In this document: positions 25,089 to 33,520 of the stretch, one piece after another
Layout: every line of letters starts with the position of its first letter
How positions within the stretch are numbered: position 1 is the first letter of the stretch
Virus record (IMG/VR): IMGVR_UViG_3300010047_000003
Span: 1-43,893 of that record
Strand: one strand, 5' to 3'
Length of the DNA: 43,893 nucleotides
DNA from: a virus
Lineage: Duplodnaviria > Caudoviricetes
Notes under the pieces: generated by a model
What the model was told of the DNA's origin: nothing
What the model saw: only the letters and a program-made list of their open reading frames with translations
The model's database searches: none
Made by a program: the position numbers and the translations under genes

Positions 25089-25468
25089 GGTGCCTTGTAG
25101 CTGACTTCGTTACTCGGAGGGGATTCAACGCCTGCCTGGTTGTATGCACTGACCACGAAATAATATGTCGTGCCACTGGTGAGCTGTAGCGTCCACACGG
25201 TCACGTTACCAACATTGACTTTTGCCGTTTCACCACCGCTTGAAAAACCGTAGCGAAAAAAATAGCCGGCAGCATCCGTATCCGGATTGCCGGTAATCGG
25301 ATTCGAGTCCCAGGTCAAAGTCACCGAAGGGATCGGAATGGGAGTTGGAGTCGGAGCAGGGGTTGGAGTCGGTTTGTGATGACGGATTCCACCCCTGTCG
25401 GCGAGACTTATTCCTATTAGAATCAACAACACGAAAAGGATTCCGCTCCAAATCCATTTCGTTTTCAT
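25085..25468 (-). CDS. exported or membrane-anchored fibronectin type III protein with Pro-Thr linker
   Basis: Signal/TM segment, PTPTPAPTPTP, VTLTWD..GY..YG..L.SGTTYYFVVSAYN.AGVES.PSNEV. Confidence 0.85.
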   Translation of the reverse strand: MKTKWIWSGILFVLLILIGISLADRGGIRHHKPTPTPAPTPTPIPIPSVTLTWDSNPITGNPDTDAAGYFFRYGFSSGGETAKVNVGNVTVWTLQLTSGTTYYFVVSAYNQAGVESPPSNEVSYKAP

Positions 25469-25471
25469 CTG

Positions 25472-25816
25472 TCATACCGGCGGCGGATTATTTGCCACCC
25501 ATTCGGTGATCACGGTTTCGACGTAGCTGTTGACGACAAATTGAACGTCGGAATCCGGCACGCTCTGGCCGCTGGGATCAGCGGTGACTTTTTGCACAAT
25601 GCTTGGGTTATTGGCGACCGGCCACGCGAAAGGTTGCCAGGCTAGGCTGGAGTTTGGAATTGCCCAGTTTGCCCAGCGCAGCCGATTGGCATGATCCGCT
25701 GTAGCCGGATCTTCGTTTTGAATACTTACTCCAGCCGTAACAACTGCCACCTCGGTCTGTTGGCTCAAATGCTGGGTAGAATATCTGATTGCGTAGGAAG
25801 TAGTATAGTCTGACAT
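25472..25816 (-). CDS. hypothetical protein (tail-fibre associated)
   Basis: 114 aa following the fibre genes; EDPATADHANRLRWA. Confidence 0.7.
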   Translation of the reverse strand: MSDYTTSYAIRYSTQHLSQQTEVAVVTAGVSIQNEDPATADHANRLRWANWAIPNSSLAWQPFAWPVANNPSIVQKVTADPSGQSVPDSDVQFVVNSYVETVITEWVANNPPPV

Positions 25817-25822
25817 AGAATT

Positions 25823-27058
25823 TTACCACGCGGTGTCTGCCACATATTCAAAGGAAGCCCAATAAGCTGAACCTGGCGGCGCGCTTAAAAAACAGCCTCC
25901 AAACATACAATCCGATACGCCCGTTGTTCCAGCAACAGCGGCATCTGCAGCAGCAGTATAATTGTAAATATTGTTAGCGGCTCCGGTGTTTGGGCTATAT
26001 ATGGTGACCGTTGGAGTTTTGGCCATAATCGTTTTAAACGGGACATGCATAGCTGGATGATTGCCCGCAGCAACAATCCCGTTAACCCCGGCAGGTCCGC
26101 CCAGTGAAGTCCCAGCTTTAGTTGTATAGAAATAACTTTTTGTATAGAATCTGCTGCATTGGATAAGATTGGTCTGAAAATCGAGGTCCATGAACTGAGT
26201 AGCAGCGGCCCCAGGCTCATGCTGCACGCATGCAACGTCGAATGTAGCACCGTTAGTTGCCGCGAGATTGCTCTGGCCAATGGCACCGTAGGCGCTGGTT
26301 GCTACCCACACATCGTTGGCTGATGTGGTTACGCTCGAACCCGCGGCCAGGCTAATCGTCAGTATGTACCCCAGGTTTCCTGCAGTTAACGGCCAGGTAG
26401 CGCTAGCCGACCAGATTGGCAGATTCGCTAGCGGAATTGACGTCCACGTGTTTGCGCTCGGAATCGTCGCCAGTTTCACCAGACTGTAAACCGTGCCAGT
26501 CGGGCTCTGTAAAGCAACGCCGAATTTAAGGTTGGCCACGCTTGAGCGAACCAGTAGTGAAAGACTGGTCACATCTGAAATCAGCTCCCTTAAAGCGGGC
26601 CCTTCAACCTGCTGAAACAAACGTAAATTGTCGCTCGCACCTAAACTTGCCTGTGCCGTGGTGATAGTAGTCCGCAGATAATTATTGCTGATGGCAAAAC
26701 TCGTTCCTGGCACCGTAACTAATCCGGTCATCTGCTGACCACTAGCCACTAGAGTCCCAGCCTTAATACCGGCCCACCGGTCCTGGATTATCACGCCAGC
26801 TCCCACATTAGGGGTGCTCGTCCCGCACATGCGCTGATCCACCTCGAAATTCGGGTTGCCCACTGCGTTAAAGCTACGCAGCCTGACTGCAGTGATCTGC
26901 GATTGCGGCACCAGAACCAATCCGTCACTCCCAAGCTGCGCAATGTTGCCCGAATCGGCACTGACCTGTACAGGACCAATCAATCCCTGCGCACCTCCGG
27001 GCGATACACCGCTGCTAGCCGGAACTACTGTGCCTGGGACTGCAATCGGGTTTGCCAT
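25823..27058 (-). CDS. tail fibre / receptor-binding protein
   Basis: VSADSGNIAQLGSDG; NAVGNPNFEVDQR..DRW..QQVEG..VQHEPG..CSRFYTKSY fibre-head-like domain. Confidence 0.75.
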   Translation of the reverse strand: MANPIAVPGTVVPASSGVSPGGAQGLIGPVQVSADSGNIAQLGSDGLVLVPQSQITAVRLRSFNAVGNPNFEVDQRMCGTSTPNVGAGVIIQDRWAGIKAGTLVASGQQMTGLVTVPGTSFAISNNYLRTTITTAQASLGASDNLRLFQQVEGPALRELISDVTSLSLLVRSSVANLKFGVALQSPTGTVYSLVKLATIPSANTWTSIPLANLPIWSASATWPLTAGNLGYILTISLAAGSSVTTSANDVWVATSAYGAIGQSNLAATNGATFDVACVQHEPGAAATQFMDLDFQTNLIQCSRFYTKSYFYTTKAGTSLGGPAGVNGIVAAGNHPAMHVPFKTIMAKTPTVTIYSPNTGAANNIYNYTAAADAAVAGTTGVSDCMFGGCFLSAPPGSAYWASFEYVADTAW

Positions 27059-27061
27059 AAT

Positions 27062-28801
27062 TTATCGGGTGAAAGGGTAGTAAATCGACCATGCGTCCCA
27101 GGCTACGAGGTAATTAACAGAACTACCTGTGTCTCTTGCATGAGTAATAAACATGTTGCCTTTAGAGGTCGGAATGCCAGATGAAACGGTGGCAACTATG
27201 GATCCATTGATGCGAAAAGTTATCTGCGTCCAGGCAGCATTAACGTCTATTTGCAGTACATACATGGTATCTGCTAATGGAGCTACAGAGGTATTAGTAT
27301 ATGTGGCGCTTGCAGTCCCTACTCCCACTCGCCATTGACCGCTGTTATTGTCTGGCACCCACTCGAAAAAGAAACCTGCTTGCGGAGCAGCAGTAATATA
27401 AGTGCCAGCAGTACCTTGCGATATTCCAAATCGAAACCTGTAACCAGTGGCAGTTGGGGGCAATGTCGTTTCCCAGGCCATTCGGCACTTCATGGTCAAT
27501 GGACCCAACCCATATGGAATAAGACCGCATCCCACTGAGGTTGCGTATCCCCACAGAACAGCAATACCGACATTGACGCTTGCAGACGTGCCAGTAGCCA
27601 AATCGTAATATCCAAGAATCTTCTTAGTAGAATCGTTACCGTATGCTGCCGCACCTGGGAATAACAACCCTGCCCCTGTTCCAGTTGTCTGAGTAGAATA
27701 CGGATTACTGACACTCATACAATCATCAGACAAATAACATCCGTTAGCTATAGGATCCCAATAACCTGCGCTCTGAGGTGCCAACGCATGCACTGCATTG
27801 TCGCCACCGACATACGAGGTTGCACTGCCGTCTAACTGGTTGAGAAGTCCGCTTGTGCTCGCACTGGCAAGCGGAAGATTTGGGGGAGGCGCTGGATTCA
27901 ATAACGTGATCTGGTTACCGGTTTTGGCAGTAACCTGCAACGCACCGGCAAGTCCACTTCCCCCAGCTCCGAGTACGTAGACAAACTGATTGACTACCAC
28001 CCACGAGGCATCGTTCAAAGTCACCGAGACGCTGCTGCCGACTGCCGGAACGGTAAATGATCCGCTCGTGATGTTATAGGCGTTTGCACCGGCTGCTCCC
28101 GTACTACCAGCCACGCCAGCAGGAATACCAAAATTAAAAACCGCTGCGGAGCTTGTACCGACATTGACTACCGTTGCATTTGAGCCGGGGGAAAGGGTCG
28201 AAGTGGTACCGGCGGCAATTGTGGCAGCCGTGCCTGGTGCGCCGGCACTGCCAGTGGCACCGTCTGCGCCACGAGGGATACCGAAATTAAATACTGCCGC
28301 ACTGGTCGTTCCGACATTTGTGACGGTTGCACTCGTGCCGGGAGCCGTTGTTGTCGTTGTCCCAGCATTAATCGTTGCCGCGCTTCCCGGTGTTCCAGTA
28401 GTGCCGGCTGGTCCCTGAAACGGTCCCTGATCTTTCCACGTAGTTCCGTCCCATGCCCAACCGTGCCCAGTATCAAGCGTCGTATAGAAATCACCTTTAG
28501 TGTTGCCGGTTGCCGGTAATGCGGCTGCATTAGGCACTGTGCCTTTGGGCGTTAGTGTTGGACCTATCGGACCTTGAGCTCCGGCAGCTCCCGGGGCTCC
28601 TTGAGGTCCGATAGGCCCGGGAACTGTCGAAGCCGGCCCGGGAGGACCTTGCGGCCCGGGAGGCCCCTGGTTAGCTACCGTGACAGCCTCGATAATCACA
28701 TCGGGCTGGATGACTTCGACATCGAAGGGGGGAGCGTAGGAAATCTGTACGTCAAGATCAACGGGGGTAAGATCAACTTCGATATCGTCGCAAGTTGCCA
28801 T
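27062..28801 (-). CDS. collagen-like tail fibre protein
   Basis: Gly-X-Y runs, duplicated AATI.AGTT..AAVFNFGIP.G module, beta-rich lectin-like C-terminus. Confidence 0.85.
   Translation of the reverse strand: MATCDDIEVDLTPVDLDVQISYAPPFDVEVIQPDVIIEAVTVANQGPPGPQGPPGPASTVPGPIGPQGAPGAAGAQGPIGPTLTPKGTVPNAAALPATGNTKGDFYTTLDTGHGWAWDGTTWKDQGPFQGPAGTTGTPGSAATINAGTTTTTAPGTSATVTNVGTTSAAVFNFGIPRGADGATGSAGAPGTAATIAAGTTSTLSPGSNATVVNVGTSSAAVFNFGIPAGVAGSTGAAGANAYNITSGSFTVPAVGSSVSVTLNDASWVVVNQFVYVLGAGGSGLAGALQVTAKTGNQITLLNPAPPPNLPLASASTSGLLNQLDGSATSYVGGDNAVHALAPQSAGYWDPIANGCYLSDDCMSVSNPYSTQTTGTGAGLLFPGAAAYGNDSTKKILGYYDLATGTSASVNVGIAVLWGYATSVGCGLIPYGLGPLTMKCRMAWETTLPPTATGYRFRFGISQGTAGTYITAAPQAGFFFEWVPDNNSGQWRVGVGTASATYTNTSVAPLADTMYVLQIDVNAAWTQITFRINGSIVATVSSGIPTSKGNMFITHARDTGSSVNYLVAWDAWSIYYPFTR
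28115..28385 (-). repeat. duplicated fibre module (two copies; boundaries approximate)
   Basis: AATINAGTTTTTAPGTSATVTNVGTTSAAVFNFGIPRG versus AATIAAGTTSTLSPGSNATVVNVGTSSAAVFNFGIPAG. Confidence 0.85.
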
Positions 28802-28806
28802 ACACT

Positions 28807-29256
28807 TTAACTCCGCGCGCTCACCGGCTGGGTGACGGTCAAGGTGCCTTTGAAAAGCGGAGTCACCACTCCGCTGAAAGAGACCATGCGAACCTGGTAA
28901 GCGTAGCCGGCCAGTTCCATATTAACCGTGGTAGCGGCTGGAACCGTGAGCCAGGTGATACCTTGGGTAGGGGTACTGGTTTCCTGCCAATCGATCTTGA
29001 TCGTCCCGGGATCGGTATCTGATTGGTTCGGATCCAGTTTGGCCGTGAATTGGAACGTCGCGCCCGTGACATCAACAGGCGTTTTTACGCCGGTCGTTTT
29101 GTCGGTAATGGTGAGCGTGATCTGGCTGGAAAGAGTCGCTCCCTGCTCAACCGTGAGGTTATAGGTCTTCGAACAGGCGCACGAGGTGGTCGTACCGGAT
29201 TGCGATTGTGTAGAGGAACGAGGAGAAACGAAAAAGGGCATGGACTGAACGGCCAT
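28807..29256 (-). CDS. fibre-attachment / BppU N-terminal-like protein
   Basis: YNLTVEQGAT..PVDVTGAT..YAYQVRM..LFKGTLTV. Confidence 0.65.
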   Translation of the reverse strand: MAVQSMPFFVSPRSSTQSQSGTTTSCACSKTYNLTVEQGATLSSQITLTITDKTTGVKTPVDVTGATFQFTAKLDPNQSDTDPGTIKIDWQETSTPTQGITWLTVPAATTVNMELAGYAYQVRMVSFSGVVTPLFKGTLTVTQPVSARS

Positions 29257-29294
29257 GCCCGAAATGGTAACGCTTTAGGAATGGGTTATCAAGC

Positions 29295-29471
29295 TCACTT
29301 ACCAAGGGAGATACGCTTGAAGTAAGCCTTGTATTCTTCGGGACTACTGTCCCTTTTCACCTTCCACATATGGAGATAACCAAACCACAACAAAACAATC
29401 AAAATCCAAAAAGCTGGATGGAGAAATCCCAAAAAAAACATGAATAACGTAAACACAATCAATTGCCACAT
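29295..29471 (-). CDS. 58-aa AT-rich two-TM membrane protein (moron-like)
   Basis: MWQLIVFTLFMFFLGFLHPAFWILIVLLWFGYLHMWKVKRDSSPEEYKAYFKRISLGK. Confidence 0.55.
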   Translation of the reverse strand: MWQLIVFTLFMFFLGFLHPAFWILIVLLWFGYLHMWKVKRDSSPEEYKAYFKRISLGK

Positions 29472-29529
29472 ACTTCCGTAATATCGACCGGTATGACAAA
29501 AATTTCACTAAGAAATTTTTTCTTTACCT

Positions 29530-32500
29530 TTAGACAAGATTGTGCTCCTGAGCATAACGCAATACGTCTCGCAATTTGGCTGGTTTGATGTCGAGCTGAT
29601 CAGCCGCTTCGAGTATTTCCTGGCGGCTGAGTTTTTCTGAGGTCGTCACTGGCTTTTCTGGAGGAACAACGACTGGGGCAGGCGACACAGAAGAAGGCGC
29701 AATTATCGCTTTCTCTCCCATTCCCCGAGGTTGCTGGAAAATACGTCCTCTTATGGCTTTCGGGTCGATTATAAAAATCGAATCCGGTTGACCCCGACCC
29801 TCTGAAAGTCGAACAGCTTTTTTACCCAATTGTTTCGCTTCAGCGATTGCCTGATCTACTGCTTCGGGATCATTTGCGGCTACAGACTTCGCAGGTTGAT
29901 GGATATCATCGGAACGAATTTGACGGGTTACAATTTCCGCATCTCTTCCACTGTGGGTAAACTGTCTGGCCCATTCTTTATCGGTGCTAAAGAAATGACC
30001 CTCGCCTCCTGATTCTCCACGGTAAAGAGTCGTCATTCCTTCCGCTTCGCCCATCCCCCGCGGTTGCTGGTAAGCGCGAACCTGTTCGTAGGTCTCCCGG
30101 TGGAACGGCCGGGTAACCCCGGGAAGTTCCTGTAATTGGTTGATACGATCGATCCGGAAACTCTTAATCACACTCGGGGATCGTTTCGCCAAATCCGCAA
30201 TGGTTGGGTTGGCGCCTGAATCCGGAAATCCAAAGAGTTGATTTAGGGCAGCTTTCTTATCAAGGCCAAGCCCTGTTTCCCCCGGTCGACCATTAGCCAG
30301 GTTATCGAGATAAGTTTTCGCGTCATCATTGGCTGTCGCAATCTTTCCGTCCCATAGATCTTTCCCTTTTTTGGTTTTAAGATATTTGGTGATGTTCTCG
30401 ACCAATTGCTCGGGGTCGTAACTCTTGATATTGACCTGTCGAATCTTCGGAGAAATCTCGGTTTGAATGGGAACTGCAGCTCGCGACCTGGCCGGCAGAG
30501 TTGCATAAGCGCCACGGTTGCCGGCCGTGTTATAAACAAGCGTCACCATGGTTCCGTCATTACGGTCCATGATACCGTTGAGTTTTTGCCAGTTGAGAAC
30601 TTGGGAAGCATTATGCTGATTACTTGCGGTCAACGCATCGAACACATCCTGGGGAACATATTGACCGCGCCAGAATTGACGGCCGTCACGATCGGTCACC
30701 AGCTTGAGCACATCTTCGTGCCCGCCCGCAGCAGCCTGTGGACTCCGACGCAAAGCATCGATAGCTTGGTCAGCCATTCTGCCTTGAGCCGCGTCAACCT
30801 CGCGAGTGGATAAAACCTGCGGCCGGCCGGCGGCATCAGTCCAGATGGTTCCATCCGGGTTGCGGCGAAGATCGCCACTTGCATCGAAAGTTTTCTGTAA
30901 GCGTTCAAATTCCGGGGTTCCCTGTCGAGCTTCGGTAACCGGTACGCGAGTACTTCCGGTAGGATCTTCAGGCGAAAGATTCTTATAGTTTCTTTGCCGA
31001 TAAAACTCAGTGATGACGTCATTGAGTCCACGAGTTTTCGCTACCGTGTCGGTAATGATCGAACGACCGGTAACCGGATCGGCGCCCACTCCCACCCGGG
31101 TCAGCCAATTGGAAATGGCTGCGTCAGACAGAAGTGCGCTCGGGACGTAGCCCCGCACCATTTTCTGCACCAGTGCAGGATCAGTGAGACTCGCAGCGTG
31201 AAGCTCGGCAAACATTTCCTGTGCAATCCCGTGATCATTCTCAGGGACTGCGGTGGGGTCCCCCTTGGTCAGGTTACGATTGTATTTCGCCTTGTAGGCT
31301 TCGAACGTTTCATCGGGCACATAATGGGCAACCCCGTTAGTCACTTCAACCAGCGGTTTCCCGTCCGGGCCCAGCTTAGAAAATATCCCCGGCTGCTGGA
31401 GACCCACATCCCCTAGCATGTAACGATCCACTTCACCCGTGAGCCCGTGCGCAGCAACATGGTGGCCAATTTCATGTTGCAGAATTGACTGCAACGGATT
31501 GTCACCCTGGACGTTGATAGTGGCTACCGCCCGATCACCGATTACCTGGTGATTGCCATTAGGCGCATTCTTGTCACTAATGAAATTGATATCTAGGTCA
31601 GGGTGCACCCGAGCGTAAACCGAAATTCCCAATTGCTCACTCGGGGGCAGCAGCCCGAACATCGTCTGGTTGGCCGGGTTGAGAGATTTAATAAATGTCG
31701 CCCGATCACCGATCGAAGCAGTGTGCAATTCTGCGGGGCTATTGAATCTTTTGAGCTGCCCCAAACCTGAACCTGCAGCACCAAATATTCCTCCAGTTCC
31801 CGCACCGCCAGCCGTACCCGCAGTTGTTCCTCCGCTTCCGATATAACCCGTCACGCCACCAAAAAGTGCGCCGGCTGCAGCCCCCCGGGTGGTATCAGGG
31901 ATGGCATAGACAAGTTGGTTATCGAGCATCGAGGCAAACGCTTTAGGTAACCCGCTCGAATTCTCTTTTACCGCTTTCCAGAACGGCAAAGTCTGTTGGC
32001 CAAGGGATAGTTGTTCCCCGGCCATGGTCAGGTCTCGCATAGCAGCCCGTCCCACATCAGTAAGAAATGGTGCCGCGACTCCGATTGCTGCCCCGACTGG
32101 TCCCGCAACTAGGTGCCCTGTAATTGCCGGCATCACATAGCGTTTAACTAGATCCTGGGCCGCTTGTTTCGCCGCGGTATCGGCTTCGGGAAGAATTCTA
32201 TCGACAATCTGACCAGGAATCGATTCGACCCAATCTGCAGCTTTCCCAACTAGCTCACCTCCAGTTCCTGCCACTTGCATCAGTTTCCCTGCTGCATTAC
32301 GAACAAAAGACGGTTTTGACGCATTGGTCATTTCCTGGTTTACCCCATCCAATGCCGCCGCACGCTCTGCACCGGTAGCAGCAACTGCTCGTTGAGCATC
32401 GGCTTCCAATGGCGCAAGTCTGGCAAGACCTTTTTGAGCAATCTGGCGATCGGCTGCGGTTGCCCGGGGTTCATCAATCAAACTTTGGAATCCCATCCGG

Positions 32501-33519
32501 TGCGTTGCCAGGTTGATTGCATTATCCTGGGCTGCCTGGAAAGCCGCATCAGCTTCGGCAAACCGTATCGAGCGCACGCCCGCTTTGGCTACTGTTCCTT
32601 CAGCCACTGCTTTGCCGAGACCGAAAGAAAGAAAATTGATCGGATCCGCGGCTAAAGCAGCAACCCCCTGTTGCTCAGGGGTAAGCTGAATCTGTTTTAC
32701 CGCATTACCCAGATCAGACAAACCTGCATTAACAAGCAAATCCCCGGCAAATTGCTCGGCATTATTCACCTCGGCTTGTTGCGATTGCCCCCGTAAAACT
32801 CTCTGACGAATAAGCTCGGATTGTTGACGGTCGAGTTTCTCGATTGCAGCAGGGTTCTGTTGACCGATTCTCTGCAAACGATTCGAAAGATCCGCTACGA
32901 TATCTTGAGGTCCGAACCAGCCAAGATTTTGGATTTCTTGCCTGGCAGAAGTAAGTCCGGATGAAAGCGTAGCGATATTACCCGCAAGAATGTTTTTTCC
33001 TGCCAGGTCTTGTTGTAAGCTTTGAACCCCGCCGACAACTACGTTTTTAACCGCATCAACCGGAGCCATTAAAAAGTTTGAAGCGATATTCCACCAACCG
33101 GTTCCAGGTTTTCCAAGGTCATCAAGCAACTGCGGTTCGTACTTTCCCTGACGAAATTTGAGCTGATAAAAGAGCTCGGGGTTCTGGTTGATGACGTCAT
33201 CGTTGATCTTGTTATCACCGGTAACGGCATTTGAGATTGCCGCGATAGTAGACGGTGAGATTTCATCAATCGATTGCCCGTTTGCCAGGTGCCGATTGAA
33301 CAGATCCACCAGTTCGACAGCATCTTTGTCATTCGGGTTTGCAGCCTTCAAAGGCACAAAGGTGGAGGAATTAGCGGCTAAAGTTCGATCCGGAGCATTA
33401 CTATCCGGAGCTAACCCTGGAGCATTCGGGCCGCCCTGCGGCATCATCGATTGACCGACAATGACATCGCCGATATTAGCGGGTCGACTCGTTGCCAGCT
33501 GCTCTAGAAGATCGGGCAT
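29530..33519 (-). CDS. large DNA-ejection / polyvalent virion protein with HExxH and C-terminal ART-like domains
   Basis: 1329 aa, Ala/Gly-rich hydrophobic helices; QHEIGHH..QEMFAE; TLYRGE..FFSTDKEWARQF. Confidence 0.75.
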   Translation of the reverse strand: MPDLLEQLATSRPANIGDVIVGQSMMPQGGPNAPGLAPDSNAPDRTLAANSSTFVPLKAANPNDKDAVELVDLFNRHLANGQSIDEISPSTIAAISNAVTGDNKINDDVINQNPELFYQLKFRQGKYEPQLLDDLGKPGTGWWNIASNFLMAPVDAVKNVVVGGVQSLQQDLAGKNILAGNIATLSSGLTSARQEIQNLGWFGPQDIVADLSNRLQRIGQQNPAAIEKLDRQQSELIRQRVLRGQSQQAEVNNAEQFAGDLLVNAGLSDLGNAVKQIQLTPEQQGVAALAADPINFLSFGLGKAVAEGTVAKAGVRSIRFAEADAAFQAAQDNAINLATHRMGFQSLIDEPRATAADRQIAQKGLARLAPLEADAQRAVAATGAERAAALDGVNQEMTNASKPSFVRNAAGKLMQVAGTGGELVGKAADWVESIPGQIVDRILPEADTAAKQAAQDLVKRYVMPAITGHLVAGPVGAAIGVAAPFLTDVGRAAMRDLTMAGEQLSLGQQTLPFWKAVKENSSGLPKAFASMLDNQLVYAIPDTTRGAAAGALFGGVTGYIGSGGTTAGTAGGAGTGGIFGAAGSGLGQLKRFNSPAELHTASIGDRATFIKSLNPANQTMFGLLPPSEQLGISVYARVHPDLDINFISDKNAPNGNHQVIGDRAVATINVQGDNPLQSILQHEIGHHVAAHGLTGEVDRYMLGDVGLQQPGIFSKLGPDGKPLVEVTNGVAHYVPDETFEAYKAKYNRNLTKGDPTAVPENDHGIAQEMFAELHAASLTDPALVQKMVRGYVPSALLSDAAISNWLTRVGVGADPVTGRSIITDTVAKTRGLNDVITEFYRQRNYKNLSPEDPTGSTRVPVTEARQGTPEFERLQKTFDASGDLRRNPDGTIWTDAAGRPQVLSTREVDAAQGRMADQAIDALRRSPQAAAGGHEDVLKLVTDRDGRQFWRGQYVPQDVFDALTASNQHNASQVLNWQKLNGIMDRNDGTMVTLVYNTAGNRGAYATLPARSRAAVPIQTEISPKIRQVNIKSYDPEQLVENITKYLKTKKGKDLWDGKIATANDDAKTYLDNLANGRPGETGLGLDKKAALNQLFGFPDSGANPTIADLAKRSPSVIKSFRIDRINQLQELPGVTRPFHRETYEQVRAYQQPRGMGEAEGMTTLYRGESGGEGHFFSTDKEWARQFTHSGRDAEIVTRQIRSDDIHQPAKSVAANDPEAVDQAIAEAKQLGKKAVRLSEGRGQPDSIFIIDPKAIRGRIFQQPRGMGEKAIIAPSSVSPAPVVVPPEKPVTTSEKLSRQEILEAADQLDIKPAKLRDVLRYAQEHNLV

Positions 33520-33520
33520 C

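Noticed and set aside
25823-28801. Diversity-generating retroelement or invertible fibre cassette
   Set aside because: No reverse transcriptase or invertase gene, and no TR/VR pair or flanking inverted repeats seen
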